DNA of 64,000 nt from Albugo candida. Its lineage: Eukaryota. A program made the translations under genes and the position numbers. Under the pieces are notes generated by a model that saw nothing but the letters and a program-made list of their open reading frames with translations, had not been told where the DNA came from and made no database searches. The DNA is taken from positions 186,001 to 250,000 of the forward strand of contig JBDOQK010000024.1 of assembly GCA_040437565.1 (NCBI GenBank). Reading direction: 5' to 3'. Below, piece after piece: positions 25,554 to 36,544 of this stretch; within the stretch, counting starts at the first letter, position 1, and the number at the start of each line of letters is the position of its first letter.

Positions 25554-28449
25554 TCCTCCCCGAGCGGAATTCGCAATTGCGAATCTTAAAGTCTTGTACC
25601 AGGTCCCGCCAATGTGACACATGCCGAATGTTCTTTTTCTTTTCCCAGGTACACTCGTGCTCTGGAAGTCCATGCCACTTGACGAGCCACTCAGGCTGTT
25701 TGTTGTAGACACGTTTCTGGACCATCGCTTCTATAATGTACAACTCTCTACCGGTTTCCTCCTAGAAGATTACTGGCACTGCCTTCGGGACCGGGCGACT
25801 GCTGAATCGCACGGGGTTCGGGACGAAATGGCTTAACAACTCGATGTTGAAACTGGGTGCAACTTGCCGAGGTTCCGTGGCAGCGCAAGTTTTGCTACGT
25901 TTTTGTTGCTCATCTCCTAAATCTGAAATGTTTCGACCCTCTTCGCCAACAGCTTCGTCTTTTTCGTTTCGCGTCCCGTTTCGTGGTGCCGTACCTTGAG
26001 GTGTCTGGCATCGAGCATGACCAGATCTCCAGCCGTAAATGTCACATTACTGCGCTTCCTGTCGTAGCAGTCTTTTGTTTTTCTTTAGCCTTGGCCAAGT
26101 TGGTTTGCGCGAGTTTAATGATCTTTTGCCTCTTGTCTGTAGAATGTCTTGCGTTTCCGGCGCCACTTATACTTCCAGAAATAGCATTACTGACCTGTCG
26201 CCCTGTGTCAATCTCAAAAAAATGATAGCTGTGTTGACTTCCTCACCAGAGTGACATGAGCAAACTCTATAGTCCCGAGATGAGTTGACCAGTCATTGCC
26301 ATGGTATGACACCATGCAGCGTAGCGCATCCTCCAAAATTCAATTTGTAGTTCTGTCTGACCGTCCGCCTGCGCGCGGTGTGCTGTCGTCATTGAAAGCT
26401 TGGTGCCCATAATGGCCATTGGAGACTTCCAAAAAATTTGAAGTGAACTTTGGATCTCGATCACTGATGATGACATTCGGTAATTCGTGATGACGTACGA
26501 TGACATCGAACAATAGTTTTGCGACTTTTGGCGCATCGGTTTTCGTGTGTGTAGCAGCATATCGGGGGCGCTTCGACAGTCAATCGACCACTGTCATGAT
26601 AGCATCGAATCCTCTCGACACTGGTAGTCCCGCTACAAAGTCCAACGAAACTACTTCCCAACACTCTTCAAAAACTGGGATTGGCATAAGCTTGCCATTT
26701 TCTTGAGTGTGCTCGTCTTCCATCGCTCACATGTACCGCAGCTTTGTACATACTCTCGAACGTCTTTTTCCAAGGTTTTCCAGTAGTACCATTACGCCCC
26801 CTTGGGTTGAGTGCGACGCACACCAGGATGTGCGGAAGTATTCCTATCTTGATGATTACGGTGAATGGCGGTGATAAGTCTATCGTCTGCTGGAACGCAC
26901 AGCCTCTTGACTGCGTGATTCGTCTTGACATACATTAATCTATTCTGTAGCACGAACTTGTCGTGATTCGAGTTCAACGCCTCCTTGAATTCGAGGTCTT
27001 TGATGTACACGTTCATAAACGCCTTCTTTGTTATAGACGAGAGATGGATGCTTGAAATAATGAAATCGATATGCTGGATTTAAACGTGACTTTCTCGCTG
27101 TTGCAGTTGAGGTACACCAACCTGATGCACGCTATCCACAATCGAAAAGCCCCGCACATCGAGGAGAAGGTCCTGATCGGGTCGTGGGAGCAAGCATAGA
27201 ACTGCCATATGCAGAGCGTGATGTCGAAGATGGACGTCCCGGCAAGCACACACTGGTCCGCAGTCATGAACTTGAGGAACTTGACTGTGGCGAGTCACGG
27301 TGGCTGGACCGACGACGCACGGACACGACAGTGCGTCGGCGACAACATTGGAAGTCCCTTTGACGTGATGCAACGTAAAAGTATACTGGGAGAAAAGGTC
27401 AGCATACGCGCCAGTTTCGGCGTGATGTTGGGATGGTGCAGCATCCAACGGCACGCATTGTTGTCGGTGTAGACATTAAACGATCGTCCATGCAGATAAN
27501 NNNNNNNNNNNNNNNNNNNNNNNNNNNNNNNNNNNNNNNNNNNNNNNNNNNNNNNNNNNNNNNNNNNNNNNNNNNNNNNNNNNNNNNNNNNNNNNNNNNT
27601 GGCTGGGGTTGAGGATCGTCGAATCGTTGATGAGAACTCCTTTCTGGTCGACGAAATTGTTGCACACGCCTTGAACTCCCTACGCCAAAATGTGAACGCT
27701 CAAAGTCGTATGCGACATTTATTGCCTGATTAAGCGATTAGCAACGGCGGTACTCCACAACGGCACGTGTCTGATGTTTCAGGCCTTGAGTAAAGTAGAA
27801 GACAGAGTCGACGTCACTCATATTACGCACTTGAATCATCAACTGTCGGAAGCGGTTCACAAAGTCTCCAAGATCTTGACACTGCGCTTGAGTGAGATTC
27901 CTAAGTTGGTCACGAAGCCTGATCTGTAGGTCTGCAGGTAAAACCTCTTGCTCAATGTGACAGAATAATTCAACGATAGCATTAACTCGGTTGCGCGACC
28001 AGACAAACCACTCTACCGCTGTACCGGTGAGCATGCTTCCGATAGTCGGAATAATCGTGGCTGCCATCGTCGCGCTCTTCCAGGCGACACGCCTCACTTC
28101 CAAATACTGTTGCACTTTTTGGTTAAATAAAGCAAACGACTCTTACATCTGTCCACTGTAACGAGGCGCCTTCACGGCGTCCAGTCGAAGGTTCTTCAGC
28201 GCTGTCGCCTCGGCCATCTTGCGCATCATCTCTTGTTGCTGCGCCATCATCGCAAGCATGTTTTGCATGAGCTCTGCATTTGAAGGCCCGCTCATGTCTT
28301 TTGCGCCTCGACTTCAGATATTCGATCAATAGGCGTCAGGAGCAGGTCCGGGTGAGGTTCCAGTCAGGGGATGAGTATCAGGCTCAGGCTCAGGCTCAGG
28401 GTCGGGGTCGGGTCAGAGTTAGGGTCGCTGACCAACAAGTGCTACCAGA

Positions 28450-28621
28450 TGTAGTGTCTGAGCTGGTAAAAACGAATAGTGAAGTTCAATTAGGTCCTTA
28501 GCTCACAACATGTGCTAATCTAAACCTACTGACTCTTTTACTGGATTGTTTTCCTGATTTTTAGATGACGTCATTGCTTGCGTAAACATGTATCGTCTTT
28601 CGCATGCCGTCGTGCCCTACA
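28450..28621 (-). repeat. 5' LTR of Gypsy element
   Basis: Direct repeat of 25399-25553 with a ~15 nt indel. Confidence 0.9.
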
Positions 28622-28894
28622 TTGTCTCTTACTGCGTCCTTCACGGAATTAGTTCACATAAGCCAGTTGCACGCATATCCCATCTGTTGAAAAGCGATTA
28701 TATGCACTTGATGGAATAGAGGGAGAAGTAAAAGTAAAATATATTAGCAATAACGTTGTATGTCAACACTACAACATTCATGTGCAACGACATTACAGAC
28801 TATGTCACGTGTCACATGACGTCCGTCTGGTACGTACCACGTGGTGACCGTCTCTGTTCGTCCCATCTGTCACGTTATCACCAAAACAGCCGTT

Positions 28895-30126
28895 CAGGTG
28901 AGGTCGGACTTTACCTGTGATGGGTCTTGCAGTTGAGGCGAAAGCCCTTGATGACCTGTCAGAAAACAATTACTTCTAATAAGCAAACTACAGGCCAACA
29001 ATTCTCTGACCATAGATGAGCTGAAATCATTTTGGATCTGGGTGAAGGGAGTTCGCAGATTTCTGTGCAAAGAGACTCCAATAGCTGGGAGGACACATTC
29101 TCCGAGCTGCATGAGGTGCATATTAGTGCTTCTCCGCATGAACAAGCTCGTTTGCACTCAGCGGTTGGAGATATTTTGGCTTAGCAGGACATTCTTCCAC
29201 CACTTTCCGTCAAAACGCGTGGGTGACCTGCACGAAAGCAGTCTATAAAATCAAATAAGCGTGATCTATCAGCCTTTGAATACGATCGACCTAAGAAAAG
29301 TAGAATCGAATGCCTAGCTTGTGGCAAGTGAGGGCATAATAAAAGAAAGTGAAAAATTGCGACAGGTATGTAGGGCATCACTTTGGAATGGTATTGTTTG
29401 ATTCGTCTACTTATTTTCTCTGTTGTTATTCTAGAATACAACAAGCACAAATCCAGCTAATGACAAACTTGATGAGGAGAAGAACAGGGAACTGGCTACA
29501 GAGCTGCAGAGGTGAGTCATTACAATCAAAATAGTTTAATTGCCAATTTCAGATCATGTTACTAATTCCTGCTATGTTCTTTCATAACAAGAGGGACGAT
29601 GCTGTTGAGAAGAACTGAGATCTACGCGAAGCTATACAACCATTGCTTGACGAGAACATGTGGCGAATGGTCAGACAATTGTGACATTTTCGCGTACCTA
29701 CACGCCTGAATCAACTGCACAAAGCAAGTGGAGGGTAATTCCTGTGGCATTTTTACACCCTACTACGTTTGTGAAGCTGCGCAAGGGAAGGCTATTGGTG
29801 GAGGTGCACCACCAGCTCATGTATTTCGAGCCAATGTGCTGCGTAAACCGCAGGCTTTACAGAAAGCTTAGTTAGAATCAGCAAAGAGCGCAGATTATTA
29901 GAAGGCAATTATGGCTAGATTTGTTTCTTCTCTGAAATGCCTGCCTACTAGGCTACTTTTACTTTGCTTGAAATAAGGTCAACTTTTCTCATGGTGTTAC
30001 CGCCACCGGGTAGAACTGGACCTGAGAGCAGCGGACATGGCGGTACGAAAGTAGGGGGTATGTTTGTAATTTTGTATTCTAGGGGTGTGTCCTTAGCAAA
30101 AATTGGATGTGTCTGCCGCAATTCTC
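28895..30126 (+). mobile_element. Mutator/MULE-like transposase 3' remnant with probable right TIR
   Basis: Manual translation gives SWIM-like FTCDGSC..LTIDELKSFW, then LPPLSVKTRG*P..NKRDLSAFEY..ECLACGK*GHNKRK (28895-29352). The terminus TTAGCAAAAATTGGATGTGTCTGCCGCAATTCTC (to 30126) resembles the TIR end at 45830. Confidence 0.6.
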
Positions 30127-30759
30127 GTTTTTTATAATCCCGTAAGAAGTTATCATCTCACAATCTTTGCTCCCGGCACGAGAGTGATGGCTGTCATCGA
30201 ATGCTGACTTGTAACCCGTATAAACGTCCTGTAAGCACGTAACGATGTGCGGATCTCGCTGTCAATATATCGATAGGAATGAGCCAAGTATTGAGAGCAG
30301 GCTCACTCGGACATTTCGATATCGTTCATTGCATAGAGCATGACCGAGTGATTTATAGCGTCTGCGTCAGCATACTCTATACGCTCGTCATCCAGAATCG
30401 ATTTGCGTGAAATCTCATTTAAAATCAGTAACTTTTTTTGTGAAGACAAGTAAAAAAGTATGAAAAGTAAATTCAACGCTTGCATGAAGCCAGGCCTGGA
30501 GATCTAAAACCGCGTCAATTTCGCAAGTATTGAAGGTCTTTCATAGAACACAGAAATACATACATTGAAGTTGCTGAATCGTCACGCTTTTGCAGATTAT
30601 TGGGAATTTAAGCGACATGAGTAACATAGTACGAAAAGCTGTTTTCTTTCATATCATCCATCAATTCATGTTCTGTGTCTTATTTTAAAGAAGTGAGCAA
30701 TCAGGCGATTTAAATAATGATAGCCACTTAAACACCCATGTTATCTTCTTTAAGATCCA

Positions 30760-31159
30760 TAATATACTTAAATTTAATTCGGTATAAAACATACCAGGAC
30801 CNNNNNNNNNNNNNNNNNNNNNNNNNNNNNNNNNNNNNNNNNNNNNNNNNNNNNNNNNNNNNNNNNNNNNNNNNNNNNNNNNNNNNNNNNNNNNNNNNNN
30901 NTAATATACTTAAATTTAATTCGGTATAAAACATACCAGGACCTATAGGAATAACAACCCAACTTAATAGGCTTAAAAAAAAGTTAAAATAGGAGATAAA
31001 ATAAATAAAAAAATATCTGCATTACTTGGTAAAATAGTTTCTTTTTAGTAAACAATTTTAAACCATCTGCCAAAGGTTGTAATAAACCAAAAATTCCTAC
31101 AACATTTGGACCTTTTCTACGTTGAATAGATGATAAAATTTACGTTCTACTAAAGTAAA
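30760..31159 (-). pseudogene. nad1: NUMT fragment: mitochondrial nad1
   Basis: [69 protein letters not shown], with indels; very AT-rich. Confidence 0.92.
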
Positions 31160-31160
31160 G

Positions 31161-31395
31161 ATAAAAAAGAATATTCAAAAATAGGTGAACATCTAGAAAC
31201 TAAATAAACACCAGCAGTTACCATAGTTGCAGCATGTATTAATGCTGATACAGGTGTAGGTCCTTCCATAGCATCAGGTAACCTAATATGTAAAAAAAAT
31301 TTGTGCTGATTTACCCATAGCTCCTATAAAAATTAAAATACAAATAATATCTATTAAATTTATTTCAAAAGAAAAAAAACAAGTAAAATTTTGTA
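31161..31395 (-). pseudogene. nad5: NUMT fragment: mitochondrial nad5 (middle)
   Basis: [54 protein letters not shown]. Confidence 0.93.
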
Positions 31396-31400
31396 ATAAA

Positions 31401-31470
31401 TATATGATAAATGATCCTCATCTTTCTAGATTTATGTCATATTTATCTTTATTTACTTTTTTTATGATTT
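31401..31470 (+). pseudogene. nad5: NUMT fragment: mitochondrial nad5 (N-terminal part, opposite orientation)
   Basis: YMINDPHLSRFMSYLSLFTFFM. Confidence 0.85.
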
Positions 31471-31473
31471 TTT

Positions 31474-31626
31474 TCAGGTAATTTACAAGGAATTGAAGGT
31501 AGTATTATTCAAATGATTAGTCATGGTTTAATATCTAGTGGTTTATTTTTCTCTATTGGATGTTTATATGATCGTTATCATACTCGTTTTATTTTTTATT
31601 ATGGTGGATTAGCTCACACTATGCCT
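31474..31626 (+). pseudogene. nad4: NUMT fragment: mitochondrial nad4
   Basis: [51 protein letters not shown]. Confidence 0.93.
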
Positions 31627-31656
31627 AAGATGTAGGTTCAAATCCTACTTTCGTCA
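31627..31656 (+). pseudogene. NUMT fragment: 3' half of an organellar tRNA (T-arm and acceptor strand only)
   Basis: GTAGG-TTCAAAT-CCTAC T stem-loop at 31632-31648; no D or anticodon arm. Confidence 0.7.
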
Positions 31657-32008
31657 TGCTGAACAATGGCAATTAGGTTTTCAAGATCCAGCTACTCCTG
31701 TTATGGAAGGTATTATCAATTTTCATCATGATTTAATGTATTTTTTAATTATTATTACTATTTTTGTATGCTGGATTTTATTTCGAATTATTTTNNNNNN
31801 NNNNNNNNNNNNNNNNNNNNNNNNNNNNNNNNNNNNNNNNNNNNNNNNNNNNNNNNNNNNNNNNNNNNNNNNNNNNNNNNNNNNNNNNNNNNNNAAAAAC
31901 CCTATTGCTGAAACTTTTGTACATGGATCTACTATTGAAATTATTTGGACTAGTATTCCAGCATTAATTTTATTAATTATTGCAATACCTTCATTTGCAT
32001 TATTGTAA
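31657..32008 (+). pseudogene. cox2: NUMT fragment: mitochondrial cox2 (N-terminal part, spans a gap)
   Basis: [59 protein letters not shown]; Trp encoded by TGG. Confidence 0.95.
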
Positions 32009-32051
32009 AAATGTTACAGAGAATACAGTATTACACATAGCGACTTTTTGA

Positions 32052-33093
32052 TCATGGAGCAATGTAGTTCGATAATGTGATGATCATGCGGCAGAAGTTC
32101 CAGTTACGAGTGCTACCAAGTCCACTCACGAAACTCGATGTGAACATTAAGAGGATGAGATCCGTGTCAAGCTTGTGGATGGTTTGAGAGTGATCGAGTC
32201 TTTCCGATGTCCTCACTCTTCTGTCTTGTAGTCTGCAGCTACACTGCTCCTTGATGCCTGACATACATGATGTTGAGGTTGGGAAAAAGTCATCATCCGG
32301 TATAAGGGCTAAAAGGTCTTTGTCCAATCCGTCAACAACAAAATCGTACGCATCGGAGCGTCGAGCATCAGTTTGACGGAACTTGAATTGCAATCGCTTG
32401 AGCTTTAATCCCACTTTAATACTCTTTGGGATGAAGGTGTGGTATACGAGCTTAAGGATTGAGATGATCACAATGAGTGGCGACGACGAGCAGCACTTAC
32501 ATGTGACCCTCAATCGTGCGTCGCCTTCGACAAACAAATGAACTTTTCCGACTCATCAATCGCTTTTACTTGATGACGTGAGATCCGCAATCGAAGCACA
32601 TTATCATTTCTGGCAGATAGATGACACTACCAGCATTAGCCGATGTTTAGGTTGAGATGGCATTGTGTGCAATATGCGTTCACATCCCGCCGCATGCACA
32701 CAAAACTTCGCCGCATGATTTGTACGTTGACTTGATTAAATGGTGACACATTCCTTTATATATGGGAAAGCATAATACTCGTGAAACTAGTGGAAGACGA
32801 CTATCTTGGGTCCGATTCCGTGACGTCAATGTCGTTCGACGAATAATTGGTTTTATACACAGCTCAAGTCTCATGTGTGATAACGGATCAGAACACACAT
32901 TTTATTGTTTGCGTAAACGTCCAATATGCCAAGTAGGTTCAATCACAACTATGCTGATCGATCCTACATTGTTTCATTGTATGCATGCAGAGCTTTCTTG
33001 GGAACGTCGAAGAATTAACGAGAGCTCTTGTCCATCAGTATCCGGCAATGACATGACATGCAACAACGTTTGAGTCTGAGTAGTATAGTGCAT
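32052..33093 (-). pseudogene. Possible CCG-like secreted effector pseudogene
   Basis: In-frame MHYTTQTQTLLHVMSL..SSACIQ*NNVGSISIVV (stop at the second Cys position). A later ICQK* and LFVEGDARLRVTCKCC lead into a 161-aa open tail. Confidence 0.3.
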
Positions 33094-33444
33094 GTCACTT
33101 CAAACCAGCAACTTTAGTGGCCCTGCAAGAATCGCTAAGGCTTGGCCAAAATACAAATTACATAGAAAACAAGCCTTTGGCAACAAAGAGCATGCTCTAA
33201 GCTTCCCTTCACAAGTCTCGGAATTTTATTATCTCAACTTTTCATGGAGCAGTAGCGGTGCAAAGTCGTCTGAATTTTGGCATTTTCCTAGGGTTGGAGA
33301 AAATTTGGCCGCCTAAACTATTCTGTCGAATATTAGGTTTCGCATGATAATATTATGTTTCGAAGGATAATATTATGTTTTGAAGAATAATATTAGTTCT
33401 GCAGGAAACTGTCAATAAAGGTGCAACTTATCTTGTCATAACAC

Positions 33445-35076
33445 CCACATCCATCGAAACAGAATTGGGTACACGTCGGTGGGATTTGTACTTTTTCACC
33501 GCATACTCTGCTTCTTTTCCGGTGATACCTTTTCGGTAAACGTGCATGTATCGCAAAGCTTTTCGTGAGTGTCGACGTATCTCGTTTAGTGGAACAGATG
33601 CCAAGGCAGCTGGGACTGTTACCAGTAAATTTTTAAGTGTAATCGCAGTGTTTTCTGGCGTATCGCTTAGCGGCTGCCCAAAAGTTTTCGATGTAGTTGA
33701 GCTCGCAGTGAAATTCTGGGTAAAATATCACTTGATGACCAGCGGCAACAATTCGCTCCTCTATCATTCCTACTTGTGCTTTGAAGTCTGATTGATTGGC
33801 CATAATTGTTCTGGCGCAGCAGGTTGCGCCATCCACAGGACATATTTTGCATCGCGCCGTCAGGCCAGCTTCCCACAGCCCACGTTCCTCCAGCACAACT
33901 ACCAGTCCCTTTGCCTGACCACGGAGCGTTTCATCAGGATGGTCATAAGCAAAAACCAAATCCTGAGAGACTCCGTGTCCCTCGTTGTTGCACGCATCTT
34001 TGGATGCTTGCCTACACTTGACAAGTTCATTGCGCCGGCGCGAAGGGCATCGGGGGCGAATGCACTGTGTCCAGTTGCATTGTCGAAGGCAAAAAGAGCT
34101 TGACAGCCGGGAAATTGAGCTTCGAAGATTGGATAGCCAAGTCACAGACTTGTTTGCACAGTTTCTCCGATGTCCACCATCCGTCATGCTGCGTGCCAGG
34201 TTGCATGATAATGCAGGCCGCTGCTTGTAGGTCAGGATGCTGAGCAGCCTTTTCTTCATCAAGTGCTAACCGGCCTATGATGTTTCAAAGGAAGTCGCTG
34301 ACGTGAATGGACCTGCCCTGTCCCTTTTTTGGTAATGGTTGTTCACAGTCTGGCAACCAAAGACGCTTGAGTCCATCATGAGCGGCAAAAGTACTCTCAT
34401 CATAAGTTACCAAGATGAGTGGACGAATGCCATCAGGGGGCCAGGTGATTGCAGTGAACTCATTGTTACCATCGACATCCTCCTTCCCAACAACAGTCGG
34501 CATCCGCGCCTCGAGGTCGGCTATTCGCTCCAGGAAGTGTTGCCGGTACGCAATGACATCCTCCCGCTCATGGCCGTCAATGTATATTCCTTTAGTCACT
34601 GTGCGGTATTTGATGTCCAGTGAATGGATCCAGCGTGTCGCAGTCCTTTCAGAGATTGTGGGAGATGGGGCGTATCCAAGTAGCGGAAGGATGTTCGTGT
34701 TGACATGTTCTGTCAGAGCTGATACTTCCACCTTGAACTTGTTCGCTCNNNNNNNNNNNNNNNNNNNNNNNNNNNNNNNNNNNNNNNNNNNNNNNNNNNN
34801 NNNNNNNNNNNNNNNNNNNNNNNNNNNNNNNNNNNNNNNNNNNNNNNNCGGTAGAACTATAAGAGCTGCTTGATAGGCTCTTCCAATATTTGCCTCAACA
34901 GATGCGAATTCGAGGTTTTCGTCATCAGTGCCCTCCGAAACATCCAGGTCTTCTCCAGAGCTGCTATCAGTAGACATATGAATGCCTGAGTTGTTATCGG
35001 TTTTGGTGCGCTTGGCCTCTCTCATTTCCGCTTCTGCCTTTTTAACTTTGTTAGGCGAGGAATAATTGTACGACAT
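33445..35076 (-). mobile_element. IS630-Tc1-mariner-type DDE transposase pseudogene, copy 1
   Basis: IYIDGHEREDVIAYR, LVTYDESTF (D1), FAFDNATGH (D2, alternate frame), FYPEFHCELNYIENFW (E), AEYAVKKYKSHRRVP. Short tandem repeats in both flanks (33347-33400; 35166-35253). Confidence 0.85.
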
Positions 35077-36381
35077 TTGTCGAAGTGCAGGTTGATGGTT
35101 AAGGTTTCAAGTGGGTGAGTAGTTAGTGGCGATGACTGAGCCTAGGTGAGGGCAAGGACGATTGTTTATGATGTACTTTTAGCCAATCACAGTGGCAACA
35201 TTATATCCGTGCCTTATGATGTACTTTTAGCCAACCAGCAGCGGCAACATTATAGGGTAATATGATCCGAAAATTGGCCAATCAAAATCAGGGTTTGCTG
35301 GTTTTAAGTGTCATGCACCGTATCTTAATCACTAGCTCGTCCTTACTGGCAGTTTTACAAAGTGGGAGTGATGTTGGAAGCCGTTATCGATCGAATACAA
35401 AGCTTTCTGCAATGCAGCAAACGCATGCATAGAAGTAAAGCCGTGCAGCTGAATGGCACAAAAGAAGCTCAACGAAAGGTCTGTATAGCTATCGTCAGGA
35501 AGAAGACCCTGTCAAAGTAGTCAACACAATCCGTGAAAGCTACGACATAAATCGTATGGAGTACTCGGACAAGTAGACGCAGTGAGTCGGAACAAAAAAA
35601 TGAGAAGTCTGGTACAGACACCAGTCAAACATGGGTACGTTTGATTCAATGTGAACGCCTCCAATGAAGGACGAATTATCGCCCTTGCCATTAATATATG
35701 TGGCTCAAGTAGACGACGGATTACGGATTTGAAGGGATAAGAGAGGGATTTGGAGCTACTCGATAGAGAGTATTTATGTCAGATGAATTATGTCTCAGTA
35801 CCTCTTGATGATGCTCTGCTTTTCTTGGAACTATCAGCTTGCGATTTTCGCCACTCGTACTTTGTTCGGAACAGCTATAGGTACTAATTACATATCGCGC
35901 TTTGATTCTTTCGATTCAACTTTAAATTGAGGGACGGGTTCCAATCGTATAAGTAAGGAGCGTAAGAAGTCTATTATATTGTTGCGTCCTCGGTCGTGGA
36001 CGCTTCATCTCAGGATGCTATTACTTTAACGGTGTGCATTGATCTTTGCTCAAGTATAGCACGCGTCAAGAACTTCAGACGTTGGACGCATTTTAGATAC
36101 TGTGTAGGATTGAATTTAAGCAAGACGCCACTTGCAACAGGAAAAAGAAGCGCCCATAAGATGATGTGTACAAGGAAGATACAGACAGCATGCATCTCTA
36201 AACAAGTGTCAAGAAAAGGATTTATATGTGACAAACAGACACCTTATCAACACACCAGTGCGACATAATGCGGCGGCAAAACTCTCGCAGGAAGGATCCA
36301 GCTCAGAAAATTGATTAAAATTTGTGAACAAGAAACAAACAATCGCTAAGGCACTCCTCACATGTTAGACAATGAGCGAAA

Positions 36382-36544
36382 TGTTAATTTTTCGGTAAAA
36401 GGGGAAGTGTATAATCAGGAATAACAGTCTCCTACGAGCGACTAATCACGACACCTCAAATTAGGTGTCATACCTCATAGTCGTCGTTTCGTATGTCGTG
36501 CATTCTGCCCACTCGGTGCTTCAACTACAGTGTACGTTACAACA
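36382..36544 (-). repeat. 3' LTR of Copia element
   Basis: Diverged direct repeat of 40726-40886. Confidence 0.92.

Larger units (their letters stand above)
25399..28621 (-). mobile_element. Ty3/Gypsy chromodomain LTR retrotransposon (chromovirus-like), decayed
   Basis: LTRs TG..CA at 25399-25553 and 28450-28621. Flanks TTGTT/TTGTC. PBS-like TGGTAGCA; PPT-like GGGGAGGA. Gag LTGTAVEWF..FTQGLK; RNase H tail VYTDNNA..KGTSNVVADALS; integrase AHPGVRRT, HRAQADGQTE; chromodomain EWLVKWHGLPEHECTWE. Confidence 0.93.

Noticed and set aside
28378-28427. CAGGCT/GGGTC hexamer repeats giving a QAQAQA/RVRVRV ORF
   Set aside because: Low-complexity tract in the Gypsy 5' leader on the antisense strand; not a gene.
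28800-28880. Cluster of short palindromes (GTCACGTG, GGTACGTACC, CCACGTGG)
   Set aside because: No second copy or extended hairpin found; cannot assign a function.
31627-31656. Functional tRNA gene
   Set aside because: Only the T-arm and 3' acceptor strand are present, within the NUMT.
30710-32008. Genuine mitochondrial contig or functional cox2/nad genes
   Set aside because: Genes are short fragments in mixed orientation with indels, and are joined without gaps to nuclear-type sequence on both outer sides.
35166-35253. Two ~48-bp direct repeats (also three ~20-bp units at 33347-33400)
   Set aside because: Simple tandem repeats in transposon flanks; no spacer structure or independent feature.
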